A model generated the notes under the pieces. It saw only the letters and a list, made by a program, of their open reading frames with translations. It was not told the DNA's origin and searched no databases. Source: an uncultured Candidatus Saccharibacteria bacterium (GTDB lineage Bacteria > Patescibacteriota > Minisyncoccia > Phycocordibacterales > Zambryskibacteraceae). From it: a stretch of DNA of 46,414 bases. Made by a program: the position numbers and the translations under genes. How positions within the stretch are numbered: position 1 is the stretch's first letter; every line of letters begins with the position of its first letter. Positions 16,985 to 26,040 of this stretch are shown piece after piece. Where the stretch lies: the NCBI GenBank assembly GCA_964450705.1, contig CAYVDB010000004.1, positions 1-46,414 on the forward strand, in the 5' to 3' direction.

Positions 16985-17012
16985 ATAGAAAAACGCCTTA
17001 TTTCAAGGCGTT
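16985..17012 (-). terminator. Rho-independent terminator
   Basis: On the minus strand: AACGCCTT-GAAAT-AAGGCGTT followed by TTTTCT. Confidence 0.6.
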
Positions 17013-17021
17013 TCAAACTTT

Positions 17022-17228
17022 CTAACCTGCCCTATCATCGAAACCACATTTCGGGCATTTCCTACTGCGCTCATCCAAAAGTTCGCTACAGTTGGGGCAT
17101 ACTTCGTTGTGGGGAGTAGTTACACGAGATGCCACAACAACTTTTGTGCCACACTCTGGACAAGCCCCAAGCGCTGCTTCAAAGTGATTACCACAACCCG
17201 GCTTACCACATTTGTACGCTGACCACAT
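17022..17228 (-). CDS. Double zinc-ribbon protein
   Basis: 68 aa with four Cys pairs: CGKPGC, CPEC, CPNC and CPKC. Confidence 0.6.
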   Translation of the reverse strand: MWSAYKCGKPGCGNHFEAALGACPECGTKVVVASRVTTPHNEVCPNCSELLDERSRKCPKCGFDDRAG

Positions 17229-17284
17229 AGCTTGTCTCCCTTAAGAAGTCTGCCGAGATAGTACGCTTATAAAAGACGTAAGGC

Positions 17285-17320
17285 AAGAAAAAACCCCGAC
17301 GCGCTTCTAGCGAATCGGGG
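17285..17320 (-). terminator. Rho-independent terminator
   Basis: CCCCGA...TCGGGG stem followed by TTTTTT on the minus strand, directly after the stop at 17323. Confidence 0.6.
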
Positions 17321-17322
17321 TT

Positions 17323-17523
17323 TCACCTTCCTACCGAACCAGTAAGGATTCCTTCAAGCTCTGCTACGAGAGCGTCATGAATGAGCCCTACTGCGCCCTG
17401 AATCTCTTTCATTCGGGCAACTTCTGCTTCCGTGTACTGTCTCTTCTTCTTGAGTTTATCGAGCATGATCCTGCCATACTCGAGAACAAGCTCTGTCCTC
17501 TGCCGAGAAAAGGTGGTATCCAT
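17323..17523 (-). CDS. Hypothetical small helical protein
   Basis: 66-aa ORF ending at a terminator. I recognise no motif. Confidence 0.4.
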   Translation of the reverse strand: MDTTFSRQRTELVLEYGRIMLDKLKKKRQYTEAEVARMKEIQGAVGLIHDALVAELEGILTGSVGR

Positions 17524-17578
17524 ACAAACCTCAAGATAGGTCCAGTAGGATTAAAGCATGAAATACAAAATGAGTCAA

Positions 17579-18022
17579 TTATTTATTTTCAGAAATCTCA
17601 AAACCTCTCGTTAGGGTAAGTCTCAATGCAAACTGGCCACATGCAGCTCTAGAGCGAACATTTGGGAGTAATGGGTATATCTGTTCCGCTGTTTTACCTG
17701 CCTTTACTAAGTTTCTAGCGAAAGCAGTGAGTGTATCTTGGGTTGCGGTATGGGTCCGTGATCGTTCTTCATCTTTTATGGAATGATTCTCACCCGGACC
17801 CTCTGTCGCGCGGAGATTTAGCTCGTCAACAACAGTCATCGTATACCTCAAACACTGATCAAAAACCTCATCAAGCATTTCTCTTAAGGCTGAATCACCT
17901 TCAACTAACTCCTCAAGCTTAGAAATCGGCACCATCCATGATTCATGCCCCATTTCTGTTGTTAACTCTTCACGTAATGGGGTCACAGAGTCATATGCTT
18001 CTTGCGGTAATTCAAATGTCAT
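17579..18022 (-). CDS. Hypothetical protein
   Basis: 147 aa. It starts 2 nt after the lysS stop, so it is likely co-transcribed. I recognise no motif. Confidence 0.5.
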   Translation of the reverse strand: MTFELPQEAYDSVTPLREELTTEMGHESWMVPISKLEELVEGDSALREMLDEVFDQCLRYTMTVVDELNLRATEGPGENHSIKDEERSRTHTATQDTLTAFARNLVKAGKTAEQIYPLLPNVRSRAACGQFALRLTLTRGFEISENK

Positions 18023-18024
18023 AA

Positions 18025-19506
18025 TTATTCTTCAGACTTAGGTTTTAATGTTGGGAACAAAATCACTTCTTTAATATTTTTAGTATTAGTGAGAATCATG
18101 ACCAGACGATCAATACCAATACCAATACCTCCATTTGGTGGCATACCATACTCCATTGCTTCCAGGTACTCTTTGTCTGAAGGAGAAATCTCCTGTTCAC
18201 CTTTATCCCCTTTTTTATCTTGGTCGAGATACCGCTCCTTTTGGTCGAGAGGGTTATTAAGTTCTGAAAACGCATTCACTAACTCCGCCCCTCCAATCAC
18301 AAGCTGGAAACGGTCAATCAAAGTCTCGTCATCTGCCTTTCTCTTTGCAAAAGGATTGAAAGAAACAGGATAGTCAATGATAAATGTTGGCTGAATAAGC
18401 TTTGGTCGAGCAACTTTCTTATAGATATTATCAAGAATCTTTTCTAAAGCGTCAGATGTGTCAACCTTAACCCCGAGGCGCTCCGCTGAAACTTTCGCCT
18501 CATCTCGACTGATAGATTCCGGATTGGGCATAAGAGCGTGCCGACGCAAGAGATCGTAAAAAGTAACCGTCACAAATTTCTCCTTTACACTGATCTTTGA
18601 ACCATCATAAACAAATGACATTTCACCAAAAAGATTTTTAACCACATATCGAAAAAGCTTCTCAGTAAATGCGCGCAGACTTTCTGAATCCGCATAGGCC
18701 TCGTTTGATTCAAGCATTGAAAACTCAGGATTGTGAGTGGTATCTATCCCCTCATTACGAAAACGTTTACCCAGTTCGTAAACTTTCGTAAAACCTCCTG
18801 CAAGAAGTTCTTTTAAATAAAGCTCTTGAGCAATTGTCAGATAAAAATCCGTATCAAGCGCATTATGATGTGTTGTAAACGGCGCAGCGGTTGCTCCTCC
18901 TGCAAGAGGTTGCAAAATTGGTAAATCTACCTCAACAAATCCCTCTTTATTGTAGAACTCGCGCAAAAGTGAGACTATCTTTGTGCGCACAATAAATCTC
19001 TCGCGCACCTCCTCGTTCATCAGCGTATCGAGATACCTCCTTCGGAAACGCTCCTCCGTATCAGTAAGCCCATGCCACTTTTCAGGTAGGGGGCGAAGAG
19101 ATTTAGAAAGCATTCTCCACGTTTTCACCTCTAGAGTTTTCTCATTTCTCTTTGTCGTAAAGAGAGTTCCTCGCACTTCCACAAAATCACCGATATCAAC
19201 GGTATTAAAAAAAAGATCGAACTCTTCAAGGCTTACTCCTTCGCCTTTTTTAAGCATTCCCTGGAAACGGCCCGTGCCATCAGAAAAATTAAAAAAGATT
19301 AGGCCTCCTTGCGGGCGCAGAGACATTACTCTACCAACTAGAGAATATTGTTTCTTTTTTGATTTAGAAAACTTTGCAAACCCTTTTATAACTTCAAGAA
19401 GAGAAAGATCTTGATGCGAAGAGACTGGATATGGGTCAACACCTGCTTCCTTTAAGCGATTTAATTTTTCAATTCGGATATTTCGTATTTCTTCAAGAGA
19501 GGCCAT
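18025..19506 (-). CDS. lysS: Lysine--tRNA ligase (class II)
   Basis: 493 aa. N-terminal OB-fold anticodon-binding region and class II motifs (FRNEGID..HNPEF, GGIGIGIDRLVM). Confidence 0.9.
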   Translation of the reverse strand: MASLEEIRNIRIEKLNRLKEAGVDPYPVSSHQDLSLLEVIKGFAKFSKSKKKQYSLVGRVMSLRPQGGLIFFNFSDGTGRFQGMLKKGEGVSLEEFDLFFNTVDIGDFVEVRGTLFTTKRNEKTLEVKTWRMLSKSLRPLPEKWHGLTDTEERFRRRYLDTLMNEEVRERFIVRTKIVSLLREFYNKEGFVEVDLPILQPLAGGATAAPFTTHHNALDTDFYLTIAQELYLKELLAGGFTKVYELGKRFRNEGIDTTHNPEFSMLESNEAYADSESLRAFTEKLFRYVVKNLFGEMSFVYDGSKISVKEKFVTVTFYDLLRRHALMPNPESISRDEAKVSAERLGVKVDTSDALEKILDNIYKKVARPKLIQPTFIIDYPVSFNPFAKRKADDETLIDRFQLVIGGAELVNAFSELNNPLDQKERYLDQDKKGDKGEQEISPSDKEYLEAMEYGMPPNGGIGIGIDRLVMILTNTKNIKEVILFPTLKPKSEE

Positions 19507-19514
19507 AGTCTAGT

Positions 19515-19536
19515 GCTAGTATCTAGATCTACTAGC
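19515..19536. repeat. 22-bp near-perfect palindrome rich in CTAG, in the greA-lysS spacer
   Basis: GCTAGTA-TCTAGATC-TACTAGC. There are four CTAG tetranucleotides between 19510 and 19535. Confidence 0.6.
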
Positions 19537-19540
19537 GAAT

Positions 19541-20002
19541 CTACTGAATTTTGAGGATTTCATACTCCATCATACCAGAGGGCGTCTGAAAGGAAAATGA
19601 TTCTCCTTTTTTCTTTCCAAGAACCGCTACGCCAAAAGGAGACTTAACAGAAATCTTACCAAGAGACATATCAGCTTCTTCGGAACCTACAATAGTAAAT
19701 GTATTTTGGTCTTTGCCTTTTTGCACTGTTACAACAGAACCAATAGAGACCGCACTTGTATCATGTGTCGATACAATCTTCGCAGACTTAAGCATCATCT
19801 CAAGCTTAGCAATACGATCTTCTACCGCAGCCTGATTATCACGAGCTTCGTGGTACTCTGCATTTTCAGATAAATCTCCAAGACCTTTTGCGTACTCAAG
19901 ATTCTCCGCCACTTCTTTTCTGCGTACAGTTTTTAAGTATTCAAGTTCCTTTGTAAACTCATCGTACTTCGCTTGGGTCAAATATTCGTGTTCGTCTTTC
20001 AT
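19541..20002 (-). CDS. greA: Transcription elongation factor GreA
   Basis: From the internal Met: MKDEHEYLTQAKYDEFTKELEYLK...GDLSENAEYHEARD... Confidence 0.9.
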   Translation of the reverse strand: MKDEHEYLTQAKYDEFTKELEYLKTVRRKEVAENLEYAKGLGDLSENAEYHEARDNQAAVEDRIAKLEMMLKSAKIVSTHDTSAVSIGSVVTVQKGKDQNTFTIVGSEEADMSLGKISVKSPFGVAVLGKKKGESFSFQTPSGMMEYEILKIQ

Positions 20003-20098
20003 ATATATTAGGGCACATTGTATACCGCAACCACTAAAAGTCAATTTTGTTTAAATAAAAGAAACTTACAAATATTTACAAGGGTTCTTATTGAAGAG

Positions 20099-20126
20099 TT
20101 GACAAAAAATATAGATATGCTATACT
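20099..20126 (+). promoter_or_regulatory. Strong sigma70-like promoter: TTGACA, 16 nt spacer, TGc-TATACT (extended -10)
   Basis: TTGACA at 20099-20104, TG at 20118-20119 and TATACT at 20121-20126. Confidence 0.6.
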
Positions 20127-20132
20127 TTTACT

Positions 20133-20561
20133 AGTTGGGTTTTTTGGCGCGTGATCCACTCTGACGAGTAGCGCCGAAGCCTGGCTCGGGGCTCACCCCC
20201 GCGTACTTTTCACTGTTTTATAAGGCTAACCGGAAGCAGTCCCCACTGTCAGCACGCGGGACGAGAAAGAACGGAACATCTTTCTCGATAAAACGCTTCC
20301 GAAGACATGGTTGTAGTTAGCCAACTCGCCTGGATGTACTCAGCCGAGTCTCCCTTCTCTCAATCAGTATTTAGAGAGATGAATCGTTCTGGGAAGGGCC
20401 CGTGTTCAGATCTTTGGAGCTTGCATCATCACGAGCTCGAAGATCAATCGCATGTTCCGATGTTTCTGCGAAGAACGCCGGTCCGACCCCTGCTCTTTCG
20501 TACCCTCTGGGTACTGCAACATATAGCGTTGCCCGACACACCTCCCGGTGTGTCTTTTTTT
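20133..20561 (+). ncRNA. Unidentified structured RNA candidate (~430 nt); class unknown
   Basis: The unit has its own promoter and terminator and is visibly GC-richer than its flanks. It holds many local hairpins, for example CGAGAAAGA/TCTTTCTCG, GGGG-CTCA-CCCC, GATCTT..AAGATC and GTACC-CTCT-GGGTAC. No ORF has an SD, and the only long ORFs read through the terminator. Confidence 0.4.
20535..20561 (+). terminator. Rho-independent terminator
   Basis: GACACACC-TCCC-GGTGTGTC followed by seven T. Confidence 0.8.
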
Positions 20562-20571
20562 ATACTAAAAC

Positions 20572-22275
20572 TTATTCCTGTACGTATTCAGGAGTATTAA
20601 TATACATCCACTCAAAAACTTGCCTCATGGCAAAAGTCGCTCCAATTTGATTTGAATAAGGGCCTCTTTCCATAAGAACCGTAAATGCATACCTCGGAGA
20701 TTCATATGGGAAATAGCCCATTACCCAAGAGTTAACAAGCTCTTTTGCTCCACCAAGCTCTGCTGTCCCCGTCTTTGCTGCTACAGAAATTCCTGGCATT
20801 GAAAGTCCTTTTGCAGTTCCCTCAACCACTGCCATTCTCATCCCTTCGCGAATAATTTGAAAATTTTTTTCCTGAAAAGGAAGGCGCGAAACTTCTCCCT
20901 TTGTGTTTGCGATAAGGGTTGGGGTAATAAGCATTCCACCATTTACAAGACTCCCAACTGCACGCACGGCTTGAAGTGGGGTCACGGAGAAACCGTACTG
21001 ACCAATAGAGCTGTTATAAGTATCGCCCAACCTCCACTCGCCATCTTCAAAATTTTCCTTTTTCCAAATAGGACTTGGGACATTTCCATCTTTTTCTCCT
21101 GAAAGTTGGATTCCTGTATAAGACCCGAAACCAAATAGTTTCGTATATTTCTCAATATTGCTTATTCCAATGCCTTTCTGACCGTCATATCCTGCACCGA
21201 CTGAAAAGAAATACACATTAGAAGAAACAGCTAGAGCTCTCCTTAAATCAGTCCACCCGTGGGCTTTCCAGTCTTTGAAAATAGTTTTTTTGGTTGGGTC
21301 GTACGGGTTTGGAATCACGATAGATCCAGTCGACTGAATCTCTTTTCTAGGGTCAATTACTCCCTCTTCGAGTACGCCAAGAGCGATAAAAGGCTTCATG
21401 ATAGAACCTGGGATAAATTGACCTCCAATTGCACGATTAAGGAAAGCGTTCCCTTTATCAGAAAGTAACGCCCCTATTTTTGCTTTATCAGTCGCTTCGG
21501 TCATTATGTTTGCATCAAATTCTGGATAGCTTGATAGAGCGACAACTTCTCCAGTGTGTATATCCATAATGACTCCCGCCCCTCCAACAAAACCTCGTTC
21601 AAAAGCTGTATCACGAATTGCTTGATGTAGACGCTCGGTTAAAGCGGCGTCAATAGAAAGATAGATATTCTTTCCGTCTTTTGGAGGGGTGAGAACACTT
21701 TCAGATTGGATAGTACCGATAGCATCGGTCTCAGTAATTTTTAGGCCATTTTCCCCGGCCAAATCGTTATTAAAGAACTCTTCTACTCCACCTTTTGGAG
21801 TAAATGTATGCTCATAGTAAATACCTTGCTTATCTTTCGCTGGATACTTCACATATCCCGAAATATGAGAGAGCCCTTGTTTAGCAGAATAGACTCGCTT
21901 GCCATAATCTCCCCCTGGGTTTAAATCGTTCCAGGCAATCGGGTCTCCCTTTCGATCATAGATAATGCCTCTGTTTGCAAAAATGGTTGTATGCTCTAGA
22001 TGATTATTCGCACTTCGGATTTCATAAGCTTCTCCATTTTTAACTTGAAGAAAAAATAAACGCCCCACAAAAATAAACCCGACAAGTATAAAACTTACTG
22101 ATAGCAAAAGAAATGTCCCCCTGCCAATAGGTCGTTCGAGCCTGCCTTCAAACTGATGTGTATCAAATTTAGGTAGATTACTAGAATCAAGAAAAATCTG
22201 ATCTGGTTCAATTTCACCCGAAATTGGGATACCTTTTCTAAAGATATACTTTTTAAGTCTACGAAATGTCATCAA
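20572..22275 (-). CDS. mrdA: Penicillin-binding protein 2 (elongation-type class B transpeptidase)
   Basis: TM anchor and the motifs GSIMKP (SxxK), SSNVYF (SxN) and KTGTAE. It follows mreBCD. Confidence 0.85.
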   Translation of the reverse strand: MMTFRRLKKYIFRKGIPISGEIEPDQIFLDSSNLPKFDTHQFEGRLERPIGRGTFLLLSVSFILVGFIFVGRLFFLQVKNGEAYEIRSANNHLEHTTIFANRGIIYDRKGDPIAWNDLNPGGDYGKRVYSAKQGLSHISGYVKYPAKDKQGIYYEHTFTPKGGVEEFFNNDLAGENGLKITETDAIGTIQSESVLTPPKDGKNIYLSIDAALTERLHQAIRDTAFERGFVGGAGVIMDIHTGEVVALSSYPEFDANIMTEATDKAKIGALLSDKGNAFLNRAIGGQFIPGSIMKPFIALGVLEEGVIDPRKEIQSTGSIVIPNPYDPTKKTIFKDWKAHGWTDLRRALAVSSNVYFFSVGAGYDGQKGIGISNIEKYTKLFGFGSYTGIQLSGEKDGNVPSPIWKKENFEDGEWRLGDTYNSSIGQYGFSVTPLQAVRAVGSLVNGGMLITPTLIANTKGEVSRLPFQEKNFQIIREGMRMAVVEGTAKGLSMPGISVAAKTGTAELGGAKELVNSWVMGYFPYESPRYAFTVLMERGPYSNQIGATFAMRQVFEWMYINTPEYVQE

Positions 22276-22277
22276 GA

Positions 22278-22541
22278 CTAGTATAACTCAAGAGTTAGGT
22301 GGTCTTTAAGGTAGTACGAGGTCAGAACAAGTACACAGGCAATTAGAAATAAAAGATGCGAAGAAAAAAATGAATCTCCGGTACGGTAAAGATTATCTAT
22401 AAAAAAGCCAACAAGGATAACCTCGAACGGATGTGAGAAAAGTAGCAAAAATCCGAAAGCTAAAATAGCACTTACCCACCATGGAAAAAAGAATAAAGAC
22501 ACAAAGAGAATAAGCTGGCCGAGGAGCCTTCGTTTTTTCAT
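22278..22541 (-). CDS. mreD: Rod shape-determining protein MreD-like membrane protein
   Basis: 87 aa, polytopic, overlapping the mreC stop. The position is conserved. Confidence 0.55.
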   Translation of the reverse strand: MKKRRLLGQLILFVSLFFFPWWVSAILAFGFLLLFSHPFEVILVGFFIDNLYRTGDSFFSSHLLFLIACVLVLTSYYLKDHLTLELY

Positions 22542-23323
22542 TTTATATTTAGGATTTCAACCCATCGAAGAGTAAAAATATTTAGAGGAGTGATAAGCCG
22601 AATGTGTTTAAAAGAATCTTTTTCAGATTCTTCAACAGAACCGACTCTTGCAAGAGCAAATGCCGGGTCTCCAGGGAGAACAACTAAAGCGCCAGGAGCA
22701 ATAGGAAAATCTCTTGGAACACGAACAGAAAAATTCCCTGCCCCGTGTCCACGCAGTATAAGCGGTTCACCTCCTGGAAGTAATCGTCCTTCAGTTTCTT
22801 TATTAGAACTAGAATATAAATCAACCTTCATAAAACCTTCCCCCGCTTCAGAAACTATTCCAAGTGCAGTTGTTCCTGAAACAACTTTTGAACCCACTTC
22901 TCTTGGGGCGCCGTCAATAACAAAAGTATCGTAAGGAGTCTGAGATGGATGGACCAAAACTGCGTGCGTAGAAAAAACAAATTGAGAAGACAGCGCTAGT
23001 GCTTCCCTAAAAGATGCGTTATCAGCCCGAAGAATTTCTAATTCATTCATTCGGTTACGTAAGTCATTATTTTCTTCGGTAAGTTTATTATTTTCTTCCA
23101 CAATAGAAGCTTTTGTTGAAAATAGGTTTTTATTAAACACAGCCTGAGCAACAAATTCACGTGTTTTCCAAAATGGTTTTGCAATAGAAATAGTTGTACT
23201 TCCAAATACGCTAGGAAACAGAGCTTCTACTGAAGCAACAAGAACAACCATAAATAGCAGGCCCCAAAAAACCTTTCCTAAAATGTTCTTACGTTTTGGT
23301 TTAGTTTGTAGATAAAAGTTCAT
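22538..23323 (-). CDS. mreC: Rod shape-determining protein MreC
   Basis: TM helix, a coiled coil (NKLTEENNDLRNRMNELEILRADN) and a beta-rich C-terminal region. I chose the start at MNFYLQ (23323), which overlaps the mreB end by 23 nt. Confidence 0.75.
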   Translation of the reverse strand: MNFYLQTKPKRKNILGKVFWGLLFMVVLVASVEALFPSVFGSTTISIAKPFWKTREFVAQAVFNKNLFSTKASIVEENNKLTEENNDLRNRMNELEILRADNASFREALALSSQFVFSTHAVLVHPSQTPYDTFVIDGAPREVGSKVVSGTTALGIVSEAGEGFMKVDLYSSSNKETEGRLLPGGEPLILRGHGAGNFSVRVPRDFPIAPGALVVLPGDPAFALARVGSVEESEKDSFKHIRLITPLNIFTLRWVEILNIK

Positions 23324-24368
23324 CTTCGCTTTGAATGAGCACATCCTTAAAGCGAGGTATGTCTTCGAGAATAATTCCCGTACCTCGCGCAACAGCAGTA
23401 AGCGGATCAGTTGCAACGTGAACTGGAATCTTGAGTTCTAGAGCAATTAGATCCGGAAGACCTTTAATCAAAGCCCCACCGCCGGCGAGAAATATGCCTC
23501 GGTGCATAATATCCCCCAAAACCTCTGGCGGCGTAGTTTCAAGAACTTCTCTAGAAGATTCAATGAGGCTTGCAATAGATTGGGCAATAGCCTCTCGAAT
23601 ATCAGAATCAGTAATAACAACTTCTCTAGGAAGCCCAGTTACTAGATCTCTTCCTTTTATTGAAGATTCAAGAGACCCCTCCGGAGATATTACAGCTCCA
23701 ATTGCAATCTTCACATTTTCTGCAGTCTTTTCTCCGATTAGTATTTTAAATTCACTACGGATATAAGAAATAATATCTTGATTTAGTTTATCTCCAGCAA
23801 TTCGAAGATTTTTCGCTCGTACTACCCCGCCAAGAGAAATTACGGCGATGTCCGAGGTTCCTCCTCCAATATCAATAACCATACTTCCCACAGGGTCATT
23901 GACCGGAAGACGCATTCCAATAGCGGCGGCCATTGGCTCTTCTACAATGTGCACTTCAGAAGCTCCGGCATTTCTTGTTGCGTCTCGCACCGCTCGTATT
24001 TCTACATTTGTAATTCCAGAGGGCACCCCAACTACAACTCGAGGGCCGAGAATCTTTCGACTATCTTTCTGGGCCTTATTTAAAAGATAGGTAATCATTT
24101 CTTCGGTAACTTCAAAATCAGAAATAACACCATCTGTAAGAGGTTTTACAGCCACGATGTGTGCAGGGGTACGCCCAAGCATTTGTTTTGCTTCACTGCC
24201 CACTGCAACCACTCGTCCTGTTTTCTGATTTACCGCAACAACTGAAGGTTCATTTATTACAATTCCCTGGCCACGCATATACACCAAGGTATTTGCGGTA
24301 CCAAGATCGATGCCGATATCATTCATTAAGAATCGGCGAACATTTTCAAATCGATTAAGTAAAAGCAT
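23301..24368 (-). CDS. mreB: Rod shape-determining protein MreB
   Basis: DIGIDLGTANTLVY and DIGGGTSD are actin-fold motifs. The start overlaps the proS stop (TAATG). An alternative start is at 24326. Confidence 0.9.
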   Translation of the reverse strand: MLLLNRFENVRRFLMNDIGIDLGTANTLVYMRGQGIVINEPSVVAVNQKTGRVVAVGSEAKQMLGRTPAHIVAVKPLTDGVISDFEVTEEMITYLLNKAQKDSRKILGPRVVVGVPSGITNVEIRAVRDATRNAGASEVHIVEEPMAAAIGMRLPVNDPVGSMVIDIGGGTSDIAVISLGGVVRAKNLRIAGDKLNQDIISYIRSEFKILIGEKTAENVKIAIGAVISPEGSLESSIKGRDLVTGLPREVVITDSDIREAIAQSIASLIESSREVLETTPPEVLGDIMHRGIFLAGGGALIKGLPDLIALELKIPVHVATDPLTAVARGTGIILEDIPRFKDVLIQSEDELLSTN

Positions 24369-25630
24369 TAACTAAATAGATCACTAAAATTTCCACCAGC
24401 AAGCTTCTCTGCAGAAACTACGAGAGCCTTACCACTTTTTCGCTCTTTGATCTCGACCACATTCTCTGTATTTCCTCGCTCTGACACAATAATCTGATAC
24501 GGAATCCCGATAAGATCAGCATCCGCAAATTTCTCTCCAGCACGTAAATCTCGATCGTCAAAAAGAACATCACTTTTACCTTTCAAAACTTGATAAAGAT
24601 TAAGTGCGCGTCTCGAGGTATCTTCATTTCCGCTTGGTATAAGAATTAAATGAGCATCAAACGGAGCAACCTCTTTAGACCAAATCATACCCTTATCATC
24701 AGCAAATTTTTCAACCAACAAACCCAATACCCTACTTACACCAATTCCATAAGAACCCATCCACACTGGAATTTTTTCCCCTTTTTCGTTCATGTAGTAA
24801 AGCCCTAAATCTTCTGATTTTTGTGTTCCAAAATTAAAAATGTTTCCAACTTCCGCAGTTTTGGTCTCATCTAAATCATCACGAGTAATATTGAGGGCTT
24901 CTAGAGTCTCATCGTTTAAAACCTCTTCATTTATAGCGATATTTCGTTCTCTATTTAAATAAATCTTATCTTCCCCATTAGGAGCCACTGTCTGAAACTC
25001 ATGACTAAACTTAGTAAAAGCACCGCCTGAAGCAAATGTAACAAAAGTGTCTTCTCCGATACCAAGGCGCTGATACACCCTCTTATACGCTTCGATTGTC
25101 GCATTATAAAATCGCGTATGCTCTGCTTCATCCACGCAAAAAGAGTACATATCCTTCATTAGAAACTCCCGACCACGCATTACGCCACTTTTTGCACGCA
25201 TTTCGTTGCGAAGCTTGGTTTGGAATTGATACACAAAAATCGGCAAGTCTCTAAAGCTACCTACAAAACCTTTCATCATCTCTGCGATGGGTTCCTCGTG
25301 GCTCCATCCAAAACCAACCTCGCCCCCAGCTTTGAGTTCAGACTTAAACCACACATCAACAACAGAATCATCCCATCGATTCGTACCTTCCCACAATTCC
25401 TTTCTCTGTAAAGTAGTCATGAGAATTTCTTGGCCCCCGACACTTTCCATTTCGGAACGAATAATTGCTTTTATTTTTTCAAGTACGCGCAGACCAAGCG
25501 GAAGATACGCATAAACACCCGCCATTTCTTTGTGAATAAATCCAGCTCTAATTAGTAAGTCAGCATTTTTTGAAACTTCGTCTTTAGGACTTTCTTTACG
25601 AGTTTTTGTGAAAAGAGTTGATTGAAGCAT
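24368..25630 (-). CDS. proS: Proline--tRNA ligase, short bacterial-type form without a large INS editing insertion
   Basis: The N-terminus MLQSTLFTKTRKESPKDEVSKNADLLIRAGFIHKEMAGVYAYLPLGLRV is typical of bacterial ProRS. The protein is only 420 aa. Confidence 0.85.
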   Translation of the reverse strand: MLQSTLFTKTRKESPKDEVSKNADLLIRAGFIHKEMAGVYAYLPLGLRVLEKIKAIIRSEMESVGGQEILMTTLQRKELWEGTNRWDDSVVDVWFKSELKAGGEVGFGWSHEEPIAEMMKGFVGSFRDLPIFVYQFQTKLRNEMRAKSGVMRGREFLMKDMYSFCVDEAEHTRFYNATIEAYKRVYQRLGIGEDTFVTFASGGAFTKFSHEFQTVAPNGEDKIYLNRERNIAINEEVLNDETLEALNITRDDLDETKTAEVGNIFNFGTQKSEDLGLYYMNEKGEKIPVWMGSYGIGVSRVLGLLVEKFADDKGMIWSKEVAPFDAHLILIPSGNEDTSRRALNLYQVLKGKSDVLFDDRDLRAGEKFADADLIGIPYQIIVSERGNTENVVEIKERKSGKALVVSAEKLAGGNFSDLFS

Positions 25631-25738
25631 GTTTATATGGGGACATAGTATCGCATTCAGATGTGCCGAGCAAATGAGGCTTGACTAAAAAGTTTTTTTC
25701 ATGTTCTTATTAAGGTGCACCTTCACAAGGAGAAGCCT

Positions 25739-26008
25739 GTGCGACCCACCATTCGGCTGGAGATCGTAAAGGGGCCGACCCTTGGAGAATTCCTAAGGGC
25801 CGAAGCACGAAAGAGTTCTTTGCGTTTTGTTCTCTCTCGAGGAACCGTTTCGGTTACTCCGGAACGAGTTCGCGAGGAAGCAGGAACTCCTGAGAGTTTC
25901 CTTTTCCGTTATCAAACAGACAACGGAGATGGGCCTGTTAGCCTCGAAGGATACTGCAACTTTAGCCGAGGCGCAGTACGAGGATGGATACAGATCTTTA
26001 GCAAGTGA
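25739..26008 (+). CDS. Hypothetical protein (GC-rich cassette)
   Basis: SD AAGGAG then GTG at 25739. The ORF ends inside a strong terminator stem. Confidence 0.45.
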   Translation: MRPTIRLEIVKGPTLGEFLRAEARKSSLRFVLSRGTVSVTPERVREEAGTPESFLFRYQTDNGDGPVSLEGYCNFSRGAVRGWIQIFSK

Positions 26009-26035
26009 CCGCACCACAAGGTGCGGTCTTTTTTT
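26007..26035 (+). terminator. Rho-independent terminator
   Basis: GACCGCACC-ACAA-GGTGCGGTC followed by seven T. Confidence 0.8.
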
Positions 26036-26040
26036 ACTTC

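Noticed and set aside
20161-20168. CTGACGAG resembling the hammerhead ribozyme CUGANGA core
   Set aside because: The flanking sequence does not form stem II followed by GAAA and stem III. The GGCGC/GCGCC stem encloses the motif instead.
20228-20245. AACCGGAAGCAGTCC resembling the SRP RNA domain IV GGAA tetraloop / AGCA loop
   Set aside because: The closing base pairs and the conserved GGAAGCAGCC context are missing. The total length and ends do not fit 4.5S or scRNA.
20307-20650. 97-aa and 82-aa plus-strand ORFs in the GC-rich unit
   Set aside because: Neither has an SD, both run through the intrinsic terminator, and the translations do not look protein-like. I treated the region as a non-coding candidate.
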